From NCBI GenBank assembly GCA_963638375.1, contig CAVHRL010000001.1:1-58514 (forward strand): a DNA stretch of 58,514 nt. The letters are read 5' to 3'. Shown here piece after piece: positions 1 through 12,211 of the stretch. The stretch is from Lachnospiraceae bacterium (GTDB lineage Bacteria > Bacillota_I > Bacilli_A > Erysipelotrichales > Erysipelotrichaceae). The notes beneath the pieces are model-generated. The model saw nothing but the letters and a program-made list of their open reading frames with translations. It searched no databases and was not told where the DNA came from. Every line of letters begins with the position of its first letter. The first letter of the stretch is position 1. The translations under genes were made by a program, and so were the position numbers.

Positions 1-63
1 CCTTTTAATACATATAGTATAAATCTTGGGATTTTATTGATGTATTCTAGATAAAAATAAGAT

Positions 64-900
64 ATGCGAAATTCGAATGAAAAATATAAAAGGAAAATGA
101 TAAAATTATTTAATATGAATAAATTTATAAATAACAGATGGAATTTGATGGAATATTTAAACACTTCGGATTTAGAAGGGATAAATGCGGAAGTGGCTAA
201 ATATTTATATGAAAATCATGATAAATTATTAACGCAATCTGTGAATCGCATCTCATTGGATAGTTATTTTTCACAATCTACGTTATCTCGCTTTTTTACT
301 CAATTTTGTAATACAAATTTAAATGATTATAGAAAATGCGATTCTGAAGGAATGGGATATACACGTTCTTGTTTTAAACATCCAAATGAATTTTCATTTG
401 AATCGTTTAAAGAAAATTTAGAAGAAAATATAAGATATATTGAAAAGAATTATACAAAATTAGAAAAGATCGTAAAAGAATTACAATCTCATAAAAGAAT
501 TCTCATATTAGGACATGCACATCCTTTGGATACAACATATCTATTTCAATCAACACTTTTATATTACAACCATCCTACTTATGCACCATATAACTATTTA
601 GCGCAAGAAAAGCTTGCGAGAGATATGGATGAAAATGACATGATTATTGGACTTGTTTTAGATGAGATTTGGATATCAAGCCCAATTGCGGCTCCTTTTA
701 AAAATATATTAAAAGATTCAAAAGCATACAAAGTAGCTGTTGTACCAAGCGATAATACCTCTTCTGGTGATTATTTTGATGAAACGTTAGCTCTTAAAAG
801 TAATCGGGGAGTAGATAATTATATGAGTTTGATATTGTTGTTTCAGGCATTAACGGAAATGATGGTATCTGAGTATGAAAAAGATGAGGATATTGAGTAA
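64..900 (+). CDS. MurR/RpiR-family transcriptional regulator (HTH + SIS-like domain); true start may be 97 or 115
   Basis: N-terminal 'VAKYLYEN...SVNRIS...FSQSTLSRF' RpiR-type HTH; C-terminal 'KRILILG' SIS-like sugar-binding domain. Confidence 0.75.
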   Translation: MRNSNEKYKRKMIKLFNMNKFINNRWNLMEYLNTSDLEGINAEVAKYLYENHDKLLTQSVNRISLDSYFSQSTLSRFFTQFCNTNLNDYRKCDSEGMGYTRSCFKHPNEFSFESFKENLEENIRYIEKNYTKLEKIVKELQSHKRILILGHAHPLDTTYLFQSTLLYYNHPTYAPYNYLAQEKLARDMDENDMIIGLVLDEIWISSPIAAPFKNILKDSKAYKVAVVPSDNTSSGDYFDETLALKSNRGVDNYMSLILLFQALTEMMVSEYEKDEDIE

Positions 901-919
901 TTTACTCAATATCCTTTTT
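887..919 (+). terminator. Intrinsic terminator overlapping the regulator stop codon
   Basis: AGGATATTGAGTAA / TTACTCAATATCCT inverted repeat followed by a T run. Confidence 0.75.
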
Positions 920-1007
920 AATATTTGAATGATTGTGACAAGAGATGTATGTTTTAATTTGTGTATCGTTTAACAAACAAGCACAAAAAAGAACCGATGC
1001 ATACGCA

Positions 1008-1904
1008 TCAGTCCTTCTTTTCACCAATCCATTTTAATTCATATTCACCAGTTACTTCTAATGTTCCACCATTTGTTAGATCAATAGAATCTTCTGTTTC
1101 GTAATAATCTCTAACTCTACCGAGTGAATCTTTTACATGTAATCCAGCATCATTTAATGCCTTGACTTGATATATACCAGGTCTTAATGATTTAGGAATA
1201 TCATATACACCAGGAGTGATTCTTAATTCATTATCATTTTTAATATAGATCAGATGTTCATCTTTGTGATGTTTTGCAGCATTTACTTTCTGATAAAATC
1301 TTTCTCTAATAAAGAATAGTTCTGCATTCTCTACAGTGTATGAGAATGTTTTTGTTGGTGTAACAACTTGAATCTTATCTGTAGAATCTGTGTTACGAAC
1401 AACATATCCTAATCTATGACAGTTAACAATGTGTTCACTCATGAAGTAAACGGCCGCTTCTGTTTCGTATAACATACCTTCAATCTTTACAGATTCTTTT
1501 TTATTCACTGCATCTGGAATGTTGTTTATTGTATTCTTTCTAATTTCAATAATACTTCTAGGTGCATATTCATTAGGAATGCTACTAGCGGAAACTCTGA
1601 GATTTGCTCGGATTGCGTTGATGCAATGTTCACCCTCATGTAAAAGAATCTTTGGCAATGGGTATAATCTAGCGATAATATCTTCTGGCTTATTTGTTTC
1701 TAAATATGTATCCATGATCATATCTTTCATATGAGGTTGTGCCGTTACAATTCTTTGGAATATATCATATTTCATAGGTAAACCATAATTACTTATGATT
1801 TCTCTACAGTTTTTACATAAATAATGTCCGTCTGTTAGTTTTTCTGGTCTATTAAATAATCCACCTGTTTCAGACAGACAGAAGTCACATACTTTTTTTG
1901 CCAT
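1008..1904 (-). CDS. Hypothetical protein with N-terminal zinc ribbon (DUF4428-like)
   Basis: CDFC...CKNC near the N terminus; AAGGAG RBS upstream; 298-aa ORF. Confidence 0.65.
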   Translation of the reverse strand: MAKKVCDFCLSETGGLFNRPEKLTDGHYLCKNCREIISNYGLPMKYDIFQRIVTAQPHMKDMIMDTYLETNKPEDIIARLYPLPKILLHEGEHCINAIRANLRVSASSIPNEYAPRSIIEIRKNTINNIPDAVNKKESVKIEGMLYETEAAVYFMSEHIVNCHRLGYVVRNTDSTDKIQVVTPTKTFSYTVENAELFFIRERFYQKVNAAKHHKDEHLIYIKNDNELRITPGVYDIPKSLRPGIYQVKALNDAGLHVKDSLGRVRDYYETEDSIDLTNGGTLEVTGEYELKWIGEKKD

Positions 1905-2169
1905 AAGAAATCTCCTTGCTTACGTTATTATAACCGATAAACGAAAAATGGAGAAATAACATGATTAAGAAAGATGAAATTTATATTATTGATGTTGTCA
2001 ATCAAATACTTTTCGTTAATGTTTACTTTTTTTAGTGATTGCTTTTTGTGATATTTTGTAGTGCTATTTTTAATACTGTGATTTTTGATCATTACAGATA
2101 ATAAATATACTGATATTCAATGTTTGACACGCACGGTTCTGTGGATTTGGAATTTTTTTGAAAAAAGTG

Positions 2170-2199
2170 TTGACATAAGATTGGTGGTGAATGTAATAT
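2170..2199 (+). promoter_or_regulatory. Sigma-A promoter of the str operon
   Basis: TTGACA-N18-TAATAT upstream of the rpsL leader. Confidence 0.7.
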
Positions 2200-2302
2200 A
2201 TACGGGCTTAGTGAGTTTTGGCTTTACCATGTCGTGAAGCCAAAAAATAAGACTAAGAATGACGCACACGGTATCGTGTGCATGAGCGAAAGGAGAAAGA
2301 AA

Positions 2303-2716
2303 ATGCCAACAATAAACCAGTTAGTACGCAAAGGCCGTACTGATAAAGTTTACAAGTCAAAGTCCCCTGCATTAAACAGAGGATTCAACAGTTTGAAAAA
2401 CAAACCTACAAATTTGAGCAGCCCTCAAAAGAGAGGTGTTTGTACTCGTGTAGGTACAATGACTCCTAAGAAGCCAAACTCTGCATTAAGAAAATATGCC
2501 CGTGTAAGACTATCCAATGGTATGGAAGTTACAGCATATATTCCAGGTGTAGGACATAACTTACAGGAACACTCCGTAGTTATGATCAGAGGTGGCCGTG
2601 TTAAGGATCTACCAGGTGTTCGTTACCACATTATCAGAGGTACATTAGATTGTGCTGGTGTTAACGAAAGAAATCAGTCCCGTTCATTATACGGTGCTAA
2701 GAAGCCTAAGAAGTAA
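2303..2716 (+). CDS. rpsL: 30S ribosomal protein S12
   Basis: [10 protein letters not shown]...[11 protein letters not shown]...[10 protein letters not shown]; start moved to the ATG after the AAGGAG RBS. Confidence 0.99.
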   Translation: MPTINQLVRKGRTDKVYKSKSPALNRGFNSLKNKPTNLSSPQKRGVCTRVGTMTPKKPNSALRKYARVRLSNGMEVTAYIPGVGHNLQEHSVVMIRGGRVKDLPGVRYHIIRGTLDCAGVNERNQSRSLYGAKKPKK

Positions 2717-2723
2717 GAGATAG

Positions 2724-3209
<486 letters not shown>

Positions 3210-3228
3210 TTAGAGAAAGGAGCTAATA

Positions 3229-5301
3229 ATGCCAAGAGAGTTCCCATTAAATAAGATTCGTAATATCGGAATCATGGCTCACATTGATGCTGGTAAGACA
3301 ACAACAACTGAACGTATCCTTTATTACACAGGTAAGATTTACAAGATCGGTGAGACTCACGATGGCGCTTCCCAGATGGACTGGATGGCTCAGGAACAAG
3401 AACGTGGTATCACAATCACTTCTGCAGCTACAACATGTCACTGGAAAGACTGTCAGATCAACATTATCGATACACCAGGTCACGTAGACTTCACAGCTGA
3501 AGTTGAAAGATCTCTTCGTGTATTAGATGGTGCTGTAACAGTCCTTGACTCCAAGGCTGGTGTTGAACCACAAACAGAAACTGTTTGGAGACAGGCTTCT
3601 GAATATAAAGTTCCTCGTATCGTTTTCTCTAACAAGATGGACGCTACAGGTGCTGACTTCGATATGAGTGTTAACTCTATTGGAGATCGTTTAGGTGCTA
3701 AGGCAGCTGCAATCCAGATGCCAATTGGTGCTGAATCAAGTTTCCGTGGAATCATTGACTTAGTAACAATGAAACAGGAAATGTATGCAAATGACTTGGG
3801 TACAGATATTCAAGTTATCGATATTGAAGATCAATTCAAAGAAGAAGCAGAAGCTAAACATGCTGAATTGTTAGAAGCTATTGCTGACTATGATGAAGAT
3901 CTCATGATGAAAGTTCTTGAAGGTGAAGAACCAACAGTTGAAGAAATCAAGGCTGCTATCCGTAAGGGTGTTATGACTTCTGAATTCTTCCCAGTACTCT
4001 GTGGTTCTGCTTATAAGAACAAGGGTGTTCAAATGTTATTGGACGCTGTAGTAGATTACTTACCAGCTCCAACAGATATTGACGCTATCGCTGGACATTT
4101 ACCAAATGGTGAAGAATCTAGCCGTAAGCCAAGTGATGATGAACCATTCTCAGCTCTTGCATTTAAGATTGCTACAGACCCATTCGTAGGTAGATTGACA
4201 TACTTCAGAGTTTACTCTGGTCACGCTACTGCTGGTTCTTATGTATTAAATGCTACAAAGGGTAAGAGAGAAAGACTTGGTCGTCTTGTAAGAATGCATG
4301 CTAACCACCGTGCTGATATCGAAGAAGTTTATACTGGTGATATCGCTGGTGCAGTTGGTCTAAAGTTTACAACAACTTCTGATACTCTCTGTGATGAAAA
4401 TGCACCAATCGAATTGATGCAGATGGTATTCCCAGAACCAGTTATTCAGATGTCTGTTGAACCTAAGACAAAAGCTGACTCTCAAAAGATGGATGCTGCT
4501 CTTCAAAAGCTTGCTGAAGAAGATCCAACATTCAGAGCTTATACAGATGAAGAAACAGGTCAAACAATCATCGCTGGTGTAGGTGAACTTCAATTAGATA
4601 TCATTCTCGATCGTATGAAGAGAGAATTCAAAGTTGAAGCTACAGCAGGTGCTCCACAAGTAGCATACCGTGAAACTATCAAGTCTGAAGCTGAAGTACA
4701 AGGTAAGTTTGTAAGACAGTCTGGTGGTCATGGTCAATACGGTGATGTTTGGATCAGATTTAAACCAAACCCTGGTAAGGGATTCGAATTCGAAGATCAA
4801 ACAGTTGGTGGATCAATTCCTAAGGAATTCATCAAGCCTACTCAAGCTGGTCTTGAAGAAGCTCTTCCAAATGGTCTTGTTGCTGGATTCCCAGTTGTAG
4901 ATATTCGTGCTGAACTATTCGATGGTTCTTACCATGATGTCGACTCAAGTGAACAAGCATATAAGATTGCTGCATCCTTAGCTCTTAAGGAAGCTGCTAA
5001 GAAATGTAACCCAACAATTCTAGAACCAATCATGGCTGTAGATATTACAGCACCATCTGAATACTTAGGTGCAGTAATGGGTGACGTTACTAAGAGACGT
5101 GGTCAAATTCGTGAACAAGAAGAAACAGGTAATGCTATCAAGGTTAAGGCATTCGTACCACTAGCTGAAATGTTCGGTTATGTAACAGATCTTCGTGGAT
5201 TTACACAAGGTCGTGGTATCTTCACAATGCAGATGGACCACTATGAAGAAGTTCCTAAGAATATTGCAAAAGATATTATCGAAGCTCATGCTTCTAAGTA
5301 A
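3229..5301 (+). CDS. fusA: Elongation factor G
   Basis: [19 protein letters not shown] and NKMD motifs; 690 aa. Confidence 0.99.
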   Translation: MPREFPLNKIRNIGIMAHIDAGKTTTTERILYYTGKIYKIGETHDGASQMDWMAQEQERGITITSAATTCHWKDCQINIIDTPGHVDFTAEVERSLRVLDGAVTVLDSKAGVEPQTETVWRQASEYKVPRIVFSNKMDATGADFDMSVNSIGDRLGAKAAAIQMPIGAESSFRGIIDLVTMKQEMYANDLGTDIQVIDIEDQFKEEAEAKHAELLEAIADYDEDLMMKVLEGEEPTVEEIKAAIRKGVMTSEFFPVLCGSAYKNKGVQMLLDAVVDYLPAPTDIDAIAGHLPNGEESSRKPSDDEPFSALAFKIATDPFVGRLTYFRVYSGHATAGSYVLNATKGKRERLGRLVRMHANHRADIEEVYTGDIAGAVGLKFTTTSDTLCDENAPIELMQMVFPEPVIQMSVEPKTKADSQKMDAALQKLAEEDPTFRAYTDEETGQTIIAGVGELQLDIILDRMKREFKVEATAGAPQVAYRETIKSEAEVQGKFVRQSGGHGQYGDVWIRFKPNPGKGFEFEDQTVGGSIPKEFIKPTQAGLEEALPNGLVAGFPVVDIRAELFDGSYHDVDSSEQAYKIAASLALKEAAKKCNPTILEPIMAVDITAPSEYLGAVMGDVTKRRGQIREQEETGNAIKVKAFVPLAEMFGYVTDLRGFTQGRGIFTMQMDHYEEVPKNIAKDIIEAHASK

Positions 5302-5324
5302 TATTCAAAAGGAATTAAAAATTG

Positions 5325-5360
5325 TTGTAATTTAGTTTGCCATCAAGTAAAATGATGGCA
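5325..5360 (+). promoter_or_regulatory. Internal tuf promoter
   Basis: TTGTAA-N17-TAAAAT; the -10 box lies inside the inverted repeat TGCCATCA/TGATGGCA. Confidence 0.6.
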
Positions 5361-5405
5361 GACTGAATAAGTTGAAAAAATAAATAAACTGGAGGAAAAA
5401 ACCAA

Positions 5406-6599
5406 ATGGCAAAGGAAAAATTCGACCGTAGCTTAGAGCATGTTAACGTTGGTACTATTGGACACGTTGACCACGGTAAAACAACTCTTACAGCTGCAAT
5501 CACAAAGTATCTTTCTGAACATCCTGAAGATGGTAAGGCTGCATTCGAAGCTTATGACCAAATCGATGGTGCACCAGAAGAAAAAGAACGTGGTATTACT
5601 ATCAACACAGCTCACGTTGAATACCAAACATTAAAGAGACACTATGCACACGTTGACTGTCCAGGTCACGCTGACTATGTTAAGAACATGATCACAGGTG
5701 CTGCCCAAATGGATGGTGCTATTCTTGTAGTAGCTGCTACTGATGGACCAATGCCTCAGACTCGTGAACATATCTTACTTGCTCGTCAGGTAGGTGTTCC
5801 AGCTATCGTTGTATTCTTAAACAAGTGCGACATGGTTGACGATGATGAATTAGTTGACTTAGTTGAAATGGAAGTTCGTGAACTTCTTTCTGAGTATGGA
5901 TTCGATGGAGACAACGCTCCTGTAATCCGTGGTTCTGCTTACCAAGCTCTTCAAGGAGATGCTAAGTGGACACCAGCTATCAAGGAATTACTTGATGCTG
6001 TTGATGCTTATATCCCAACACCAGAACATGATAACGACAAGCCATTCTTAATGGCAGTTGAAGATGTATTCACAATCACAGGTCGTGGTACTGTTGCTAC
6101 AGGACGTGTAGAACGTGGTGAATTACACTTAAACGACGAAGTTGAAATCGTTGGTATCAAGGAAACACAAAAGACAGTTGTTACTGGTATCGAAATGTTC
6201 CGTAAGACTCTTGACTATGCTCAAGCAGGTGATAACATCGGTGCTTTACTTCGTGGTGTTAACCGTGAACAAATCGAACGTGGACAAGTTCTTGCTAAGC
6301 CAGGATCTGTTACACCTCATACAAAGTTCAAGGCTCAAGTTTACGTATTAACTAAGGAAGAAGGCGGACGTCATACACCATTCGTTTCTAACTACCGTCC
6401 ACAGTTCTACTTCAGAACAACAGACGTTACTGGTGTAATCACTCTTCCAGAAGGTACAGAACTCTGCATGCCTGGTGATAACGTAGTTATGGAAGTTGAA
6501 CTTCTAGCTCCTATCGCTATTGAAAACGGTACAAAGTTCTCTATCCGTGAAGGTGGTAGAACAGTAGGTTCCGGTTCTATTACAGAAATCGAAGCTTAA
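5406..6599 (+). CDS. tuf: Elongation factor Tu
   Basis: [24 protein letters not shown] and NKCD motifs. Confidence 0.99.
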   Translation: MAKEKFDRSLEHVNVGTIGHVDHGKTTLTAAITKYLSEHPEDGKAAFEAYDQIDGAPEEKERGITINTAHVEYQTLKRHYAHVDCPGHADYVKNMITGAAQMDGAILVVAATDGPMPQTREHILLARQVGVPAIVVFLNKCDMVDDDELVDLVEMEVRELLSEYGFDGDNAPVIRGSAYQALQGDAKWTPAIKELLDAVDAYIPTPEHDNDKPFLMAVEDVFTITGRGTVATGRVERGELHLNDEVEIVGIKETQKTVVTGIEMFRKTLDYAQAGDNIGALLRGVNREQIERGQVLAKPGSVTPHTKFKAQVYVLTKEEGGRHTPFVSNYRPQFYFRTTDVTGVITLPEGTELCMPGDNVVMEVELLAPIAIENGTKFSIREGGRTVGSGSITEIEA

Positions 6600-6618
6600 T
6601 TAAATCATATTGTTACGT

Positions 6619-6648
6619 AAGAGATATCCTTTGGGTATCTCTTTTTTT
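6619..6648 (+). terminator. str/tuf terminator
   Basis: AAGAGATATCC-TTT-GGGTATCTCTT followed by a T run. Confidence 0.85.
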
Positions 6649-6665
6649 GTGTTATAGTCTTTCAT

Positions 6666-7331
6666 ATGACAAAAGGAATATTATTTGATTTTGATGGTAC
6701 ATTAACAAAGAGATATGAATCTGCATATCATTTATATCAACATATTATTACTGAATTATCTGGTAAAGATATGCATTCATTAGATGTTGAAGAAATGGTT
6801 CAAAGATGTTTGATATGGGATCAGTATGGTATTTATAATAAGTCTTTTACAATGAATAACATCAAAGAGCATTTTTTCTCTGATATGAATGTGGATGAGT
6901 GGAAACAATATTGGTATGACAATTTTGATCAATATCAAATCATTTCAGATAATGTAAAAGAAGTACTAACAGAATTAAAGAAAGAATATCGATTAGGAAT
7001 TCTATCGAATGGAAATTCTATTTCTCAACACAATAAGATTACACATTCTGGTTTAGAATCATTCTTTGATGCGGTAGTTGTTGCGGGTGATTATGAAATT
7101 CAAAAACCAGATATAAGAATCTTTCAAATTGCTTGTGAGAAATTAGAAACAAAATGTGAAGATACCTATATGGTAGGAGATACTTATTTCTCAGATATCA
7201 CAGGTGCAATTCGTAGTGGCCTAAAACCAATTTGGTATTGTTATGAAAGAAAACCTGTATCTGATTTGGATGTGCCAATTGTTCATAATATGATTGAATT
7301 ACAACAATTATTATTAGGTGAAATAAAATGA
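6666..7331 (+). CDS. HAD-family hydrolase (YjjG/YfnB-like nucleotidase type)
   Basis: FDFDGTL motif I, SNG, KPD, VGD...D motif IV. Confidence 0.85.
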   Translation: MTKGILFDFDGTLTKRYESAYHLYQHIITELSGKDMHSLDVEEMVQRCLIWDQYGIYNKSFTMNNIKEHFFSDMNVDEWKQYWYDNFDQYQIISDNVKEVLTELKKEYRLGILSNGNSISQHNKITHSGLESFFDAVVVAGDYEIQKPDIRIFQIACEKLETKCEDTYMVGDTYFSDITGAIRSGLKPIWYCYERKPVSDLDVPIVHNMIELQQLLLGEIK

Positions 7332-7771
7332 GAATCTATAAAATAATCATAACTTTTCTTTTGTGTTTTTCATTATCTAGTTGCTTTGCGGAACCTTATG
7401 TAGAAACTTCGAGTAGTGAAGCTTATATTACTGAAAATGTAGAAACTGATCAAAAAGATGAGGTTGCTTTGTATATTCATTTATATGATCATCTACCTTC
7501 AAACTATATGACTAAAAAAGAAGCAAGAAAACAAGGATGGGAAGGTGGCGCATTATCACAGGTGATACCGAATAAAAGCATTGGTGGAGATTACTACGGA
7601 AACTATGAAGGAACACTTCCTGGAGATAATGAGTATCATGAATGTGATATTGATACAGAAGGTAAAACATCTAGAGGTGCGAAAAGAATTATTTATTCTG
7701 AAGATGGTGATATTTGGTATACAGAAGATCACTATGAATCTTTTGAATTATTATATGGAGATGGTGAATGA
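7328..7771 (+). CDS. Barnase-family ribonuclease, predicted lipoprotein
   Basis: LSSC lipobox; LPSNYMTKKEA, ECDI, RGAKRIIYS and DHY match the barnase catalytic K/E/R/R/H pattern. Confidence 0.85.
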   Translation: MRIYKIIITFLLCFSLSSCFAEPYVETSSSEAYITENVETDQKDEVALYIHLYDHLPSNYMTKKEARKQGWEGGALSQVIPNKSIGGDYYGNYEGTLPGDNEYHECDIDTEGKTSRGAKRIIYSEDGDIWYTEDHYESFELLYGDGE

Positions 7772-8058
7772 TGGATTTAGATTTTAATAGGAAAATTTGG
7801 GTAGAAGCTGATCGGTTAGTAAATAAAGAATCTACATTAGAATATTTTAAAGAATTATTTGATTTTCCGAAGTATGCAGGTAATAACTTAGATGCACTTT
7901 TTGATTGTTTATCTGAAGTGGAAGAAGGAACGACATTTCTTCTAACAAAAGAATGTGTTAGAAAACTTTGTAATCAAGAATATGGATTTAAAGTATTGAT
8001 GTTATTAGGAAGAGCGGTGGATGAAAATCCTAACTTACATATTTCGTTTCGTGAATAA
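7768..8058 (+). CDS. Barstar-family ribonuclease inhibitor
   Basis: FPKYAGNNLDALFDCL matches the barstar signature; ATGA overlap with the RNase gene. Confidence 0.85.
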   Translation: MMDLDFNRKIWVEADRLVNKESTLEYFKELFDFPKYAGNNLDALFDCLSEVEEGTTFLLTKECVRKLCNQEYGFKVLMLLGRAVDENPNLHISFRE

Positions 8059-8168
8059 GAGAATACTTTGGTTGCAAATTTTTTTGATATAGAAAAAATT
8101 TACAACTTATAGTTGAAATTGAGATGATAAATTATAGAGTTTTATAAGAATCTTATTTACTAGATTAA

Positions 8169-9674
<1,506 letters not shown>

Positions 9675-9972
9675 TGATAGAAGAAGCGAAACCGAAGAGG
9701 AAGTAGCTTCTTTTTATGTTGAATATACGGATATAACGTAAGATATGCAGAAATATTGAATATTCTATAGTAAATTGATTGATTTTTATGACACACTAGA
9801 GTGCGTGGATAAGAATATAGTATTTTGAATATATAGAAATCATATATAAATTTTGACGTTTGAGTTAATAAAATTGATATCGAAATACGATGGTTATGCG
9901 CTATTTTGATATTTTGGCACGCCGTAAAGCGTGGACACGGATAAAAAATAATAAAAATAATGAAAAAAATGC

Positions 9973-10001
9973 TTGCATTGGAAAAACGATAGTAGTAATA
10001 T
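9973..10001 (+). promoter_or_regulatory. Sigma-A promoter of the S10 operon
   Basis: TTGCAT-N17-TAATAT. Confidence 0.7.
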
Positions 10002-10006
10002 ATTTG

Positions 10007-10110
10007 AGCACTCGCGTAGAAGTGGGAAGTTGCCGGCACGCTGAGATGCGTTGTCACGATAGCGTGATAACCGGGGAACTCACACTGAGCGATCCCTAAA
10101 TGGGAGTGAA
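10007..10110 (+). promoter_or_regulatory. Structured S10 (rpsJ) leader, putative r-protein autoregulatory RNA
   Basis: GC-rich island in an AT-rich spacer with complementary segments (GTGGGAAGTT/AACTCACAC, CCGG/CCGG, TCACG/CGTGA); resembles Firmicute rpsJ leaders. Confidence 0.6.
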
Positions 10111-10128
10111 TATAAGGAGGAAAAATTC

Positions 10129-10440
10129 ATGGCAAAGAACTCTGTAAGAATTCGTTTGAAGGCTTACGAGAACAGAAGCTTAGATGCAGCTAGCGAAAAA
10201 ATCGTTAAAACTGCAACAAGCCACGGCGCAAAGAAAATCGTCGGACCTGTTCCGCTGCCTACTGAACGTGAGGTTGTAACAATCTTACGTGCAGTTCACA
10301 AGTATAAGGATTCTCGTGAACAATTCGAGATCCGCACACACAAGAGATTGATTGAGATCATCGGCCCTAGCGCAGAAACAATTGATGCATTATCAAGACT
10401 TGATCTGCCTTCTGGAGTTGATATCGAAATCAAACTTTAA
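10129..10440 (+). CDS. rpsJ: 30S ribosomal protein S10
   Basis: [28 protein letters not shown]. Confidence 0.99.
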   Translation: MAKNSVRIRLKAYENRSLDAASEKIVKTATSHGAKKIVGPVPLPTEREVVTILRAVHKYKDSREQFEIRTHKRLIEIIGPSAETIDALSRLDLPSGVDIEIKL

Positions 10441-10462
10441 GAAAGGAATCGGGTGAAATTAA

Positions 10463-11218
10463 ATGAAAGGTATTTTAGGACGTAAGCTTGGTATGACACA
10501 AGTCTTCACGATCGAAGGAACACTGATTCCTGTTACTGTCGTTGAAGTTAAACCAAACGTTGTTCTTCAAAAGAAGACAAAAGAAGTTGATGGCTACGAA
10601 GCAGTTCAAGTTGGTTATGAAGATGTAAAAGAACATCGTTCAAACAAACCAGCAATTGGACATGCTAAGAAAGCTAACACAGCTCCTAAGAAGTTCATCA
10701 AGGAATTCAACTATGATGAAATGTTAAACCTAGAAGTTGGTTCTGAAATTAAAGCAGACATCTTCAAGGCAGGAGATATCGTAGATGTTCAAGGTACTTC
10801 TAAAGGACATGGTTACAACGGAACAATCGTTCGTAACAATGCAAAGATGGGACCTAAGTCACACGGTGGATCTAAGAACATCAGACACCAAGGTTCATTA
10901 GCTACTAATGGACGTAACAACGGTGTTGTAAACAAGGGTACAGCAATGCCTGGTCAATACGGTGGATACACTACAACAAACCAGAATCTTGAAGTTATCA
11001 AGGTTGATGCAGAAGAAGGATATATCCTTGTTAAGGGTAACGTTCCAGGACCTAAGAGAGGACTTGTAACAATCCATACAACAGTTAAACCTAAGAAAGA
11101 AGTTACAGCTGTAGAACTTATCTCTTATGAAGGTGCTTCAGTTGAAGAAGAACTTGAAAAGGTTGAAGAAACAATCAATGAAGAATTAGCTGCAGAAACA
11201 GCTAATGAAGGAAAGTGA
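10463..11218 (+). CDS. rplC: 50S ribosomal protein L3 (divergent loop, acidic C-terminal tail)
   Basis: KGILGRKLGMTQVF, DGYEAVQ, GPKSHG, VKGNVPG; operon position. Confidence 0.97.
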   Translation: MKGILGRKLGMTQVFTIEGTLIPVTVVEVKPNVVLQKKTKEVDGYEAVQVGYEDVKEHRSNKPAIGHAKKANTAPKKFIKEFNYDEMLNLEVGSEIKADIFKAGDIVDVQGTSKGHGYNGTIVRNNAKMGPKSHGGSKNIRHQGSLATNGRNNGVVNKGTAMPGQYGGYTTTNQNLEVIKVDAEEGYILVKGNVPGPKRGLVTIHTTVKPKKEVTAVELISYEGASVEEELEKVEETINEELAAETANEGK

Positions 11219-11227
11219 GGATAAAGC

Positions 11228-11857
11228 ATGGCACAGATTGATGTATTTAATCAGGAAGCAAAATCTGTAAAACAGATCGAACTCGCTGATGCGGTCTTCG
11301 CTGTTGAACCAAACCAACAGGCAATCTATGATGCGATTCTTGCTTACCAAGCAGGATTAAGACAAGGTACTCATAGCACATTAACAAGAAGCTTCGTATC
11401 TGGAACAGGTAAGAAGCCATTCCGTCAAAAGGGTACAGGTCGTGCACGTCAAGGTTCTACTAGAGCTACTCAATGGAGAGGCGGCGCAATCGCATTTGGA
11501 CCACATCCTAGAAAGTACAACTTAAAAACAAACCGTAAGGTTAGAAGATTAGCTCTTCGTTCTGCATTGAGCGAAAAGGTTGCTGAATCTAACTTAACAG
11601 TATTAGAAAATCTCAACTTTGATGAGATCAAGACAAAGAAGGCTGTAGCACTTCTTGCTGCATTTGGATTTGAAAGAAAGACATTATTCGTTGCTGATGC
11701 ATCTGAAGATTTCGACAATGCTTATCTTTCAATGAGAAACATTCCTAATGCAACATTAGTTACAGTTTCTAGCTTAAATGTCTATGACATCGTGAATGCA
11801 GATAAGATCGTATTCACAGAAACTGCTGCTGCTAAGGCAGGGGAGGTGTTCGCATGA
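11228..11857 (+). CDS. rplD: 50S ribosomal protein L4
   Basis: RQGT, KPFRQKGTGRARQGS. Confidence 0.99.
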   Translation: MAQIDVFNQEAKSVKQIELADAVFAVEPNQQAIYDAILAYQAGLRQGTHSTLTRSFVSGTGKKPFRQKGTGRARQGSTRATQWRGGAIAFGPHPRKYNLKTNRKVRRLALRSALSEKVAESNLTVLENLNFDEIKTKKAVALLAAFGFERKTLFVADASEDFDNAYLSMRNIPNATLVTVSSLNVYDIVNADKIVFTETAAAKAGEVFA

Positions 11858-12147
11858 GCGCACGTGATATTATCGTAAGACCAATTATCACAGAAAAAAC
11901 AGCAATGGCTTCTAGCATGAACAACGTTGTAACATTCGAAGTTGCAAAGAACGCTAACAAAACTGCTATTGCACAGGCAATCAATGAAATCTATCATGTT
12001 AAGCCTGTATCTGTAAATACAGTAAACGTACATCCAAAGACAAGACGTGTTGGACGTTACGAAGGAAAGACAAGAGCTTATAAGAAAGCTTATGTAAAAC
12101 TCGCTGAAGGTGATTCAATCAACGTATACGGCGAGAACAATGACTAA
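11854..12147 (+). CDS. rplW: 50S ribosomal protein L23
   Basis: RPIITEK, ANK, KKAYVKL. Confidence 0.98.
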   Translation: MSARDIIVRPIITEKTAMASSMNNVVTFEVAKNANKTAIAQAINEIYHVKPVSVNTVNVHPKTRRVGRYEGKTRAYKKAYVKLAEGDSINVYGENND

Positions 12148-12211
12148 TCTAATTTAGTCAAAATATCGGAGGAAATCGCTATCTCCGGATAAATGCGAAA
12201 GGAAAGAAAAA

